From NCBI GenBank assembly GCA_041941795.1, contig CP145872.1, forward strand, positions 150,001 through 182,000: a DNA stretch of 32,000 nucleotides, written 5' to 3'. The stretch's first letter is position 1. Every line of letters starts with the position of its first letter. The notes beneath the pieces were generated by a model, which had not been told where the DNA came from, made no database searches, and saw only the letters and a program-made list of their open reading frames with translations. This DNA comes from Candidatus Saccharimonadota bacterium. Lineage in GTDB: Bacteria > Pseudomonadota > Gammaproteobacteria > Enterobacterales > Enterobacteriaceae. Positions 1 to 7,655 of this stretch are shown here, piece after piece. Made by a program: the position numbers and the translations under genes.

Positions 1-1
1 T

Positions 2-439
2 TTTTATTCTCGACAAGATATTAAAACTCCAGTTCGAGTAGGTCTAATAACACTTTCTATAACTCAGGGATTAAATCTTTGCCTATATTTATATGTATAT
101 AGCATTAAAACAGTAGGTGTTATTTTATCTTTTTCCGCGGCTTTAAATGCCATTTTACTTTATTGGCAATTAAGAAAGAAAAATTTTTATATCCCTCAAC
201 CCGGGTGGCAACAATTTATCGGGCGGATAATGGTTGCCGTGATGGTAATGGCTGGATCCTTGAAAATCATGATGAAGATAATAAACCTAACCCATCCGGA
301 TGATACACTTAGTACTCTACCATGGGGTATAGTAAACATGCTTACCATGATTACTTTGGGTATTATTATGTACTTCGGAACTCTTTTTTTCTTAGGCATA
401 AGATTACGAGATTTATCATCTCCCACATATTTTGATTAA
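2..439 (+). CDS. murJ: Lipid II flippase MurJ (MviN), C-terminal fragment; the 5' end lies outside the window
   Basis: Hand translation shows frame 2 open from nt 2 to the TAA at 437-439; the track only starts at an internal ATG at 230. FYSRQDIKTPVRVGLITLSITQG...LLYWQLRKKNFYIPQPGW...YFGTLFFLGIRLRDL is collinear with the remembered E. coli MurJ C-terminus (FYARQDIKTPVKIA...LLYWQLRKQKIFTPQPGW...YFAALAVLGFKVKEF). The neighbour is rne, as in E. coli once the flg genes are removed. Confidence 0.9.
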   Translation, partial: FYSRQDIKTPVRVGLITLSITQGLNLCLYLYVYSIKTVGVILSFSAALNAILLYWQLRKKNFYIPQPGWQQFIGRIMVAVMVMAGSLKIMMKIINLTHPDDTLSTLPWGIVNMLTMITLGIIMYFGTLFFLGIRLRDLSSPTYFD

Positions 440-675
440 AAATTAATTAATCTTAAGTTTTAAAGATCATAATAAAGATAGCTTGTAAAATTTAATCTTT
501 ACATAAAGATCATTTTAATGATAAAAAATATTTGTATTTTAAGAATCTTATCCTCTGTAGTTAACTTGACAGAAAGAATCAAAGAAATATGCGTGATCCT
601 AGAGAATCCTCCTATTAGATGTAGATAACTTCTTTTTTTTGACTATTGTGGAGCATGAGAAAAATAAGCCCATAT

Positions 676-2067
676 TCAACTCGATGAAACATCAGCCTCC
701 GATTTATTAATTAATTTACAGTTATTATTTAATATTTGTATCGGCACGATAATATGCACTTCTCTTGTATTAGCTTTCAGCGCCACTTCTTCCAGAAACC
801 CCACAATTGCTATCGATAGCGATTCTTGAAACCTTCCCCCACTAGGACATTTATACTGACCAAATTTTCTTATAGGATTAGCATTTAATCGCTGACGAGA
901 CATTTCTAGTAATCCGAGACGAGAAATATGACCTAATTGAATCCGTGCACGATCTTTGCTCACTGCTTCACGCAAACGATATTCTACCGCCCGCTGATGT
1001 CGAGTAGGTCTCATATCAATAAAATCTATTACTATTAACCCCCCTAGGTCTCGTATTCGTAATTGACGTGCAATCTCATCTGCAGCCTCTAAATTAGTAT
1101 TCAATGCTGTTTCTTCAAAATCACTACCCCGAGTTGCTCGGGAAGAATTAATATCTATCGCTGTTAAGGCTTCGGCATAATCAATTACAATAGAGCCGCC
1201 AGAAGGCAAAAATACTTCTCGTTGAAACATAGACTCAATTTGAGATTCTATTTGATAAAGACTGAAGAGAGGAAGATCTCCTGAATAAAACTTAATTTTA
1301 TCCCTAAAATCTGGTCTTCCCAAAGCGGTAATTTGATTTTTAGCAATTTCGACTATTTTAGGATTATCTATTAATATTTCACTAATATCTTTACGGAGAT
1401 AATCACGAAATGCGCGAACTAGTACATTACTATTTTGATAAATTAGAAATGGTGCATTCTTTCTGGAGGATATATTTTGAATTTCTTCCCACTGTTTTAG
1501 TCTCGACACTAGATCCAACTGTAATATTTCTGATGATTTGCCTACCCCTGCAGTTCGTACTATTACACCCATTCCATTTGGAAATTCTAAAGAAGAAAGC
1601 ATCTTCTTTAGTTCTATTCGAATATCTTTGTCAATACGGCGAGAAATTCCGCCCGCACGTGGATTATTAGGCATAAGTACTAAATAAGTACCCGCTAGAC
1701 TTATAAAAGTAGTTAAAGCAGCACCTTTATTGCCCCGTTCTTCTTTATGAATTTGCACAACAATCTCCTGGCCTTCACCCAGCACATCTTTTATATTTAA
1801 TTTTTTTTGGTTGTCTAAATCATAATTATCTGGAAAATATTCTCTAGCTACTTCTCTAAGAGGTAAAAAACCATTTTTTTCCATGCCATAATTAACAAAT
1901 GCTGCTTGTAAACTTGGTTCTATACGAGTAATTTTTCCTTTATATATATTATATTTCTTCTGTTCGTAACTAGGATTTTCTATTTCAAAATCATACAATC
2001 GTTGGCCATCAACAATGGCAACTCGCCATTCTTCTTGTCGAGTTGCGTTGATTAACATTTTTTTCAT
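676..2067 (-). CDS. rne: Ribonuclease E, N-terminal catalytic half only (463 aa versus about 1061 aa in E. coli)
   Basis: MKKMLINATRQEEWRVAIVDGQRLYDFEIE...NIYKGKITRIEPSLQAAFVNYG...ERGNKGAALTTFISLAG.YLVLMPNNPRAGGISRRI...DINSSRATRG...GGLIVIDFIDM...LEMSRQRL is near-identical in pattern to the E. coli RNase E S1, 5'-sensor, RNase H and DNase I subdomains. It is clearly RNase E rather than RNase G, and it is divergent from rluC as in E. coli. Confidence 0.93.
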   Translation of the reverse strand: MKKMLINATRQEEWRVAIVDGQRLYDFEIENPSYEQKKYNIYKGKITRIEPSLQAAFVNYGMEKNGFLPLREVAREYFPDNYDLDNQKKLNIKDVLGEGQEIVVQIHKEERGNKGAALTTFISLAGTYLVLMPNNPRAGGISRRIDKDIRIELKKMLSSLEFPNGMGVIVRTAGVGKSSEILQLDLVSRLKQWEEIQNISSRKNAPFLIYQNSNVLVRAFRDYLRKDISEILIDNPKIVEIAKNQITALGRPDFRDKIKFYSGDLPLFSLYQIESQIESMFQREVFLPSGGSIVIDYAEALTAIDINSSRATRGSDFEETALNTNLEAADEIARQLRIRDLGGLIVIDFIDMRPTRHQRAVEYRLREAVSKDRARIQLGHISRLGLLEMSRQRLNANPIRKFGQYKCPSGGRFQESLSIAIVGFLEEVALKANTREVHIIVPIQILNNNCKLINKSEADVSSS

Positions 2068-2206
2068 TTTAATTACTCATTCCCTTATAAATATCTTAAC
2101 TAAAACTGGGTTATAAAATTATCTTCTGCTGTTTATTTCATTTCTCTATAAGATAGGGTATAATTTTAATTATTATGCTTTTTAGGGGATTGAAATCGCA
2201 GTCGGA

Positions 2207-2228
2207 CCTTCCTATCCATCCAGGAAGG
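2207..2228 (-). promoter_or_regulatory. GC-rich stem-loop in the rne 5' leader / rne-rluC divergent control region
   Basis: ccttcct (2207-2213) pairs with aggaagg (2222-2228) around an 8-nt loop, about 140 nt upstream of the rne start. It is an isolated GC island in very AT-rich spacer. E. coli rne has a long structured, autoregulatory 5' UTR. The assignment is by position only. Confidence 0.3.
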
Positions 2229-2360
2229 ATAAAATGTTTTTTTTTCAAAAAAAATAATGGTATTAGCTATTAATATTAGATTTTTTCATCTACATATCAT
2301 TTTGAATTTTTTTAATAGAACAACAATACTTACATTATACTATTTTAATTTTTATAATCC

Positions 2361-3323
2361 ATGAATAGGAAACTGCGCAGATTTGACAGTCAATGGAATC
2401 AAATTGTTATTAATGCGGAAGATAGGGGGAGACGATTAGATAATTTTTTGCGATCAACATTAAAACATCTATCTAAAAATTTCTTTTATAAGCTGATCCG
2501 AAAGGGATCCATCAGAGTTAATAAAACATGGGTTCCACCTTCCTATAGATTAAAAACATGTGATCTGGTATCTATACCATTATTAAATAGTCTTAAAAAC
2601 GAACCAGATAAATATTATCCTCTAAAAACAATAGAGCTTATATCTAAGAAAATTTTGTATGACGATGATTATATTTTAGCAATTAATAAACCTTCGGGGA
2701 TAGCAGTACATGGAGGAAGTGGTTTGAGTTACGGACTTATTGAAATATTACGTCTCTGGAAGAAACATATTCCTTTCTTAGAATTAGTTCATCGTCTTGA
2801 TCGTGAAACATCAGGTATATTACTAGTAGCTAAAAAAAAATCAGTGCTCCGTGGCTTACATGAACAATTTCGGTTACAAATGATAAAAAAAAAATATTTG
2901 ACTTTGGTAGATGGTCTCTGGCCTTCACATTTAAAAACCATCGCTGTACCCTTGCAAAGATACGGGATGATAACGGGCAGCCGCTTAGTGCGTATTAATC
3001 CCGAAGGAAAATTTTCTAAGACTATTTTTAAGATAGAAGAACGTTTCTCTCAAGCTACTTTACTTAAAGTTATGCCGATTACAGGTCGAACACATCAAAT
3101 ACGAGTCCACACTCAATACGTTGGTCATCCCATTGCTTTGGATAAGCTTTATGGAAATAAAAAATTTAATAATCAACTGATTGAAATTGGATTAAATCGA
3201 CTTTTTTTACATGCTTCATCAATTATTTTTATTCATCCTCATACTCATCAAGAGATCTGCATAACTGCTCCATTACATGAGGAGTTATCAAAATGTTTAT
3301 CATTTTTACGTTCTGAAAAATAA
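2361..3323 (+). CDS. rluC: 23S rRNA pseudouridine synthase RluC
   Basis: The 320-aa ORF has an S4-like N-terminus (RLDNFLRS...), a catalytic HRLDRETSGILLVAKK motif, and GRTHQIRVHTQYVGHPIA and NRLFLHA matching E. coli RluC. Length and synteny agree. Confidence 0.93.
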   Translation: MNRKLRRFDSQWNQIVINAEDRGRRLDNFLRSTLKHLSKNFFYKLIRKGSIRVNKTWVPPSYRLKTCDLVSIPLLNSLKNEPDKYYPLKTIELISKKILYDDDYILAINKPSGIAVHGGSGLSYGLIEILRLWKKHIPFLELVHRLDRETSGILLVAKKKSVLRGLHEQFRLQMIKKKYLTLVDGLWPSHLKTIAVPLQRYGMITGSRLVRINPEGKFSKTIFKIEERFSQATLLKVMPITGRTHQIRVHTQYVGHPIALDKLYGNKKFNNQLIEIGLNRLFLHASSIIFIHPHTHQEICITAPLHEELSKCLSFLRSEK

Positions 3324-3342
3324 GCATTAATAAATATGTCAT

Positions 3343-3369
3343 TTGACTTTTAAAAAATATTTCTATAAT
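3343..3369 (+). promoter_or_regulatory. Candidate sigma70 promoter for rpmF(-fab)
   Basis: TTGACT (3343-3348) and TATAAT (3364-3369) are both at or near consensus, but the spacer is only 15 nt. The site lies about 45 nt upstream of the rpmF ATG. Confidence 0.3.
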
Positions 3370-3410
3370 AGGATGCGGATAGGAAAAATAATTAATCACT
3401 GGAGAAATTA

Positions 3411-3575
3411 ATGGCAGTTCCTAAGAAAAAAATATCTCGATCTAAACGAGGCATGCGTCGTTCTCAGAAAAAAATTACTCTTCCTCAATTGTCAATCGAA
3501 AAACAATCCGGAGAACTTCATCTATGTCACCATATAACTTCTGAAGGTTACTATCGGGGGCGCAAAGTAAAGTAG
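3411..3575 (+). CDS. rpmF: 50S ribosomal protein L32
   Basis: Not in the ORF track because it is only 54 aa. ATG at 3411 follows GGAG at 3401-3404. Translation [21 protein letters not shown]...[22 protein letters not shown] matches E. coli L32 ([20 protein letters not shown]...[21 protein letters not shown]). TAG at 3573-3575. Confidence 0.93.
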   Translation: MAVPKKKISRSKRGMRRSQKKITLPQLSIEKQSGELHLCHHITSEGYYRGRKVK

Positions 3576-3611
3576 TAAAAGTAAAATAAATAATATTGCC
3601 AACTTTTAGCT

Positions 3612-3644
3612 CCCCTAATTCCTCTCTTAGAGAACAATTAGGGG
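3612..3644 (+). terminator. Strong hairpin downstream of rpmF (terminator or attenuator-like)
   Basis: cccctaatt (3612-3620) is the exact reverse complement of aattagggg (3636-3644), with an inner tctc/gaga helix. There is no immediate U-run; gtaattaaatttt follows. Confidence 0.4.
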
Positions 3645-3711
3645 GTAATTAAATTTTGGTTCAAAAAATTTTTCTTCAGTACCAGTAATACCCTAAACGC
3701 AGGGAACTTAT

Positions 3712-4668
3712 ATGTATACTAAAATTATTGGTACCGGTAGCTATTTTCCGAAAAAGGTTCTTACCAATGCTGAGTTAGAAAAAAATTTTGCAATGAGTTC
3801 TGAATGGATAGTAACGAGAACTGGAATTCGGGAACGGCATATAGCCGGGATAGAGGAATCAGTGGCATCTATGGGAACTAAAGCAGCCGAACAAGCTTTA
3901 GTTATGGCCGGAATTAATAAAAATGCTGTGGGACTTATTTTAGTTGCTACTACCACCTCTAGTCATGCTTTTCCTAGTTCTGCTTGTATGATACAAAATT
4001 TGCTAGGTATCCATGAAGATGAAGTCGCTGCTTTTGATATAGCAGCCGCTTGTACAGGATTTATTTATGCTCTAAGTATAGCGGATCAATATATCAAAAC
4101 TGGTTATATAAAATATGCTCTTGTTATTGGGGCAGATATAATCGCTCGAACATTAAATCCTCACGACCGTAGGAGTTTAATCCTATTTGGTGATGGTGCA
4201 GGGGCCGTAGTTCTAGGTTCCAGTCCCCACGCAGGAATTTTATCTACCCATCTACATTCTGATGGAAGATATGGAAAATTTCTTAATTTACCATTTCCAA
4301 ATCGGATTAACACGGCTAGCAGTTATCTGACTATGTCGGGAAATATAGTATTTAAAATGGCTGTTAAAAAATTAACTTCTCTAATCGAAAAAACATTAAA
4401 AATAAATAACCTCAATAGCGACTCTCTAGATTGGCTTATTCCCCACCAAGCTAATTTACGTATTATTACTGCTACTACTAAAAAATTAGGATTAAGAATA
4501 GAGAAAGTTATTCTGACTCTTGAACGGCATGGAAATACTTCTGCTGCATCAGTGCCATCATCCTTAGATCAAGCCGTGCGTGATGGTCGTGTCCAACGAG
4601 GGCATCTTATCCTACTAGAAGCATTTGGGGGAGGATTCACATGGGGATCCGCTTTACTTCATTTTTAA
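3712..4668 (+). CDS. fabH: 3-oxoacyl-ACP synthase III (FabH)
   Basis: 318 aa. [13 protein letters not shown], the active-site Cys context [19 protein letters not shown] and GNTSAASVP (Cys-His-Asn triad) are present. Fab-cluster synteny agrees. Confidence 0.95.
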   Translation: MYTKIIGTGSYFPKKVLTNAELEKNFAMSSEWIVTRTGIRERHIAGIEESVASMGTKAAEQALVMAGINKNAVGLILVATTTSSHAFPSSACMIQNLLGIHEDEVAAFDIAAACTGFIYALSIADQYIKTGYIKYALVIGADIIARTLNPHDRRSLILFGDGAGAVVLGSSPHAGILSTHLHSDGRYGKFLNLPFPNRINTASSYLTMSGNIVFKMAVKKLTSLIEKTLKINNLNSDSLDWLIPHQANLRIITATTKKLGLRIEKVILTLERHGNTSAASVPSSLDQAVRDGRVQRGHLILLEAFGGGFTWGSALLHF

Positions 4669-4700
4669 AACTCAAGTAATTCGGGAGTTGGATTAAGATA

Positions 4701-5624
4701 ATGACTCCCTTTGCTATGATGTTTCCAGGACAAGGTTCTCAGAAAAGAGGTATGTTAGCGGAGATTAGTCAAAATTATTCTCTAATAAAGCAAACTTTTG
4801 ATCAGGCATCCAATGCTCTTGGATATGATCTGTGGCATATAGTGCAACATGGACCAGCCAAAGATTTGAATAATACTATTCATACTCAACCTATATTATT
4901 AACTAGTTCAGTAGCACTATTTCGTCTCTGGCAAGAACAAGGCAAAGATAATCCTACTATATTAGTAGGACAGAGTTTAGGAGAATATTCTGCATTAGTT
5001 TGTGCTGATACCCTCTCATTAGAGGAGGCTGTTTGTCTGGTAAAGAAAAGGGGACAACTCATGCAAAAAGCTCTCTTAAATAAGAAAGTAGGAATGCTAA
5101 TAGTAATGGGTTTAAATAAAGATATGATTTTAAGAATTTGCCAAAATTCTGCCCAAGAAGATAATTCAATAGTACAACCGATAATTTTTAATTCTCAAAG
5201 AGAAGTAGTAATAGCTGGAAATCAAAGTGCTCTTCTCCGGGTAGAAAAAAATTGTAAAATTTCCGGAGCAGTGGTAGTGTCATTACCTAGTATTCCCTCT
5301 CATTGTGAACTTATGAAACCAATCGCTAATGAATTTTCTTCTGCTTTAGATAAAGTGACTCTTAAAACTCCACGATTACCAGTGTTAAATAACGTAGATG
5401 TAAGGTGTGAAAGTGATCCATGCAAAATTCGCAGTTCTCTGATCCGGCAATTATACATGCCCGTGCGCTGGATGGAATGTATTGAATTTATTATGAAACA
5501 AGGAATAGTGATCTTTATAGAGGTAGGACCCGGAAATGTTTTAAGTAGTATTATAAAAAGAAACAGTCCTCATTTGACACCGATAAATATCGATAATTTA
5601 TTTTTTTTTAAAAAAAAGTTATAA
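4701..5624 (+). CDS. fabD: Malonyl-CoA:ACP transacylase (FabD)
   Basis: 307 aa. FPGQGSQ, G(Q)SLGEYSALV (nucleophilic Ser), PSHCELMKP and NNVDV are collinear with E. coli FabD. Confidence 0.94.
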   Translation: MTPFAMMFPGQGSQKRGMLAEISQNYSLIKQTFDQASNALGYDLWHIVQHGPAKDLNNTIHTQPILLTSSVALFRLWQEQGKDNPTILVGQSLGEYSALVCADTLSLEEAVCLVKKRGQLMQKALLNKKVGMLIVMGLNKDMILRICQNSAQEDNSIVQPIIFNSQREVVIAGNQSALLRVEKNCKISGAVVVSLPSIPSHCELMKPIANEFSSALDKVTLKTPRLPVLNNVDVRCESDPCKIRSSLIRQLYMPVRWMECIEFIMKQGIVIFIEVGPGNVLSSIIKRNSPHLTPINIDNLFFFKKKL

Positions 5625-5644
5625 ATTTGAAAAAAAATACTTGC

Positions 5645-6382
5645 ATGAGTTTAAAAGGAAAAATTGCTTTAGTAACGGGAGCAAATAGAGGAATTGGACG
5701 TGCAATTGCAGACAAACTGGCAGCACAAGGTGCTCAAGTGGCAGGTACAGCTACTCAGTTAGCTGGAGCTAAAGCCATTAGTACTAATTTAATTAGTAGT
5801 GGGGGAAAAGGTTATGTATTGGAACTTACCAATCCAAATTCCATTCAAAATCTTTTGGTCCAAATTCGCATAGATCTGGGAGATATAGATATATTAATTA
5901 ATAATGCAGGAATTACCTGTAATTCTCTTATTATACATATGCAAGAACCCGAATGGCAACGAGTAATAACTACCAATTTATCTTCAATTTTTCGGTTATC
6001 TAAAGCCGTCATACGATCTATGATAAAAAAAAAGTTTGGCAGAATTATTAATATCGGTTCTATTATTGGAGAAACGGGTCAGGTAGGTCAGACTTGTTAC
6101 GCAGCTACAAAGGCAGGGATAAGTGGATTTACCAAATCTCTAGCACAGGAAGTATCATCCAGAGGCATAACAGTAAATGTGGTAGCTCCAGGATTTATTG
6201 AAACTGATATGACGTCAAACTTAAAAGAAGAGAGAAGAGCAAAAATTTTACAACAAATTCCAGTAGGTCGTTTTGGAAGTACCCAGGAGATTGCTAATGC
6301 GGTAGCTTTTTTAGTATCAGAAGATGCAGCATATATAACAGGTGAAACCTTACATATCAATGGAGGAATGTATATGGCATAA
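5645..6382 (+). CDS. fabG: 3-oxoacyl-ACP reductase (FabG)
   Basis: The track ORF starts at TTG 5627. The ATG at 5645 gives MSLKGKIALVTGANRGIGRAIA, aligning with E. coli MNFEGKIALVTGASRGIGRAIA. NNAGIT, YAATKAG (Tyr/Lys) and the C-terminus GETLHINGGMYMA are conserved. Confidence 0.94.
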   Translation: MSLKGKIALVTGANRGIGRAIADKLAAQGAQVAGTATQLAGAKAISTNLISSGGKGYVLELTNPNSIQNLLVQIRIDLGDIDILINNAGITCNSLIIHMQEPEWQRVITTNLSSIFRLSKAVIRSMIKKKFGRIINIGSIIGETGQVGQTCYAATKAGISGFTKSLAQEVSSRGITVNVVAPGFIETDMTSNLKEERRAKILQQIPVGRFGSTQEIANAVAFLVSEDAAYITGETLHINGGMYMA

Positions 6383-6496
6383 TGAATGATCCTTTGATGA
6401 AAGGTAGTATCTTTATTACTAAAATAAAGGACTAAGAATAATTAGTGAATTATTATCTCTCTCTATTCTAGAGAACAATTTTTATAGGAAAATAGT

Positions 6497-6733
6497 ATGA
6501 ATACTATCGAAGAACGAATTAAAAAAGTCGTGAGTAAACAACTGAAGATAAAACAGGAACAAATTCTTAATACCCACTCTTTTGTTAAAGATCTGAGAGC
6601 AGACTCTCTTGATATCGTTGAGCTATTTATGGCGCTAGAAGAAGAATTTAATATCGAAATTCCAGATGAAGAAGCAGAGAAAATTATCACTGTACAAGCA
6701 GCTATAAATTATGTTAAAACTATTATTAGTTAA
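6497..6733 (+). CDS. acpP: Acyl carrier protein
   Basis: 78 aa. [12 protein letters not shown]...[42 protein letters not shown] compares with E. coli MSTIEERVKKII...[42 protein letters not shown]. The DSL phosphopantetheine site is retained. Confidence 0.97.
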   Translation: MNTIEERIKKVVSKQLKIKQEQILNTHSFVKDLRADSLDIVELFMALEEEFNIEIPDEEAEKIITVQAAINYVKTIIS

Positions 6734-7019
6734 TCTCCCTTCAAAATCAATCTTATGGTTAATCCTATTCCAATATCTATAAAGAGAGATAAATGATCAT
6801 GAATCTAATATTTGTCTAAGTATCCCACATAAAAAGGATTATAATTAATTATTATATCTAATAAAATATTCTCTGAATATATTCGACAAAGAAGATTATT
6901 GATTACACAATGTGAAGAGATTTGTGTTTATAAGAAAAATAAAATGAGTTAATCATCGGATAAAAAATTAAGAATAATAAATAAAATGAAATTTTTTTAA
7001 CATCATTATATATAATAAT

Positions 7020-7655
7020 ATGAAAAATGGTTTTATTGTTCTAGAAGGATTAGAAGGATCAGGTAAAACGACGGCGTGTAATATTGTAGTAAAATTTTTA
7101 AAAGACAAAGATATTAACAATATCATTGTTACTCATGATCCAGGAGGAACACCTCTAGCTAATAAGTTAGCTTCTTTTATTAAAAAAGGTATTCCTGGGG
7201 AAATCATTACTGATAAAGCAGAACTTCTAATGTTTTATACCGCGCGGATTCAATTGCTAGAAAGGATCATTAAACCTGCTCTAGATAGAGGCTCATGGGT
7301 AGTTGGGGATCGATATGAACTTTCTAGTTGGGCATACCAAGGAGCAGGTAGAGGTATTAATCGAAACTTATTAAAAGTATTGCATCAAAACATATTAGAA
7401 AATTTTTTACCAAATTTAACTTTGTATTTAGATGTAACTCCCGAAGTAGGATTACATCGCGTTCTCAAACGAGGAAGATTAGATCGAATGGAGCAACAAT
7501 CTATCCAATTTTTTACTAAGGTTCGGAATTTTTATTTATGTCAAGCAAAACGAGATAGAAATATTAGAGTCATTGATGCTCATCGACCACTCTCTGCAGT
7601 AGCTTCTAGTTTACGTAATATGTTGGAAATATGGTGGAAAGAAGAACCAGACTAA
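7020..7655 (+). CDS. tmk: Thymidylate kinase
   Basis: 211 aa. The P-loop EGLEGSGKTT, DRY.LSS.AYQG and LTLYLDVTPEVGL are collinear with E. coli Tmk. It lies upstream of holB as in E. coli. Confidence 0.94.
   Translation: MKNGFIVLEGLEGSGKTTACNIVVKFLKDKDINNIIVTHDPGGTPLANKLASFIKKGIPGEIITDKAELLMFYTARIQLLERIIKPALDRGSWVVGDRYELSSWAYQGAGRGINRNLLKVLHQNILENFLPNLTLYLDVTPEVGLHRVLKRGRLDRMEQQSIQFFTKVRNFYLCQAKRDRNIRVIDAHRPLSAVASSLRNMLEIWWKEEPD

Noticed and set aside
461-513. The 10-bp direct repeat taaagatcat at 461-470 and 504-513.
   Set aside because: It is short and AT-rich, so it is expected by chance. No associated inverted repeats or target-site-duplication-like structure suggest a mobile element.
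3628-3639. The 12-mer tagagaacaatt is shared by the rpmF-fabH spacer (3628-3639) and the fabG-acpP spacer (6469-6480). Each copy is preceded by a tctc...gaga mini-palindrome. I considered it as a possible fab regulator site.
   Set aside because: AT-rich 12-mer repeats are expected hundreds of times by chance in a window this size. The sequence does not resemble the FadR or FabR operator consensus as I remember them.
5627-5644. N-terminal extensions from non-ATG or upstream starts in the ORF track: fabG TTG 5627, eno TTG 18299, recA TTG 25568, mnmA TTG 11664.
   Set aside because: Alignment with the E. coli N-termini and better-placed SD-like motifs support internal starts instead. These are 5645 for fabG, 18347 for eno, 25622 (GTG) for recA, and 11634 for mnmA.
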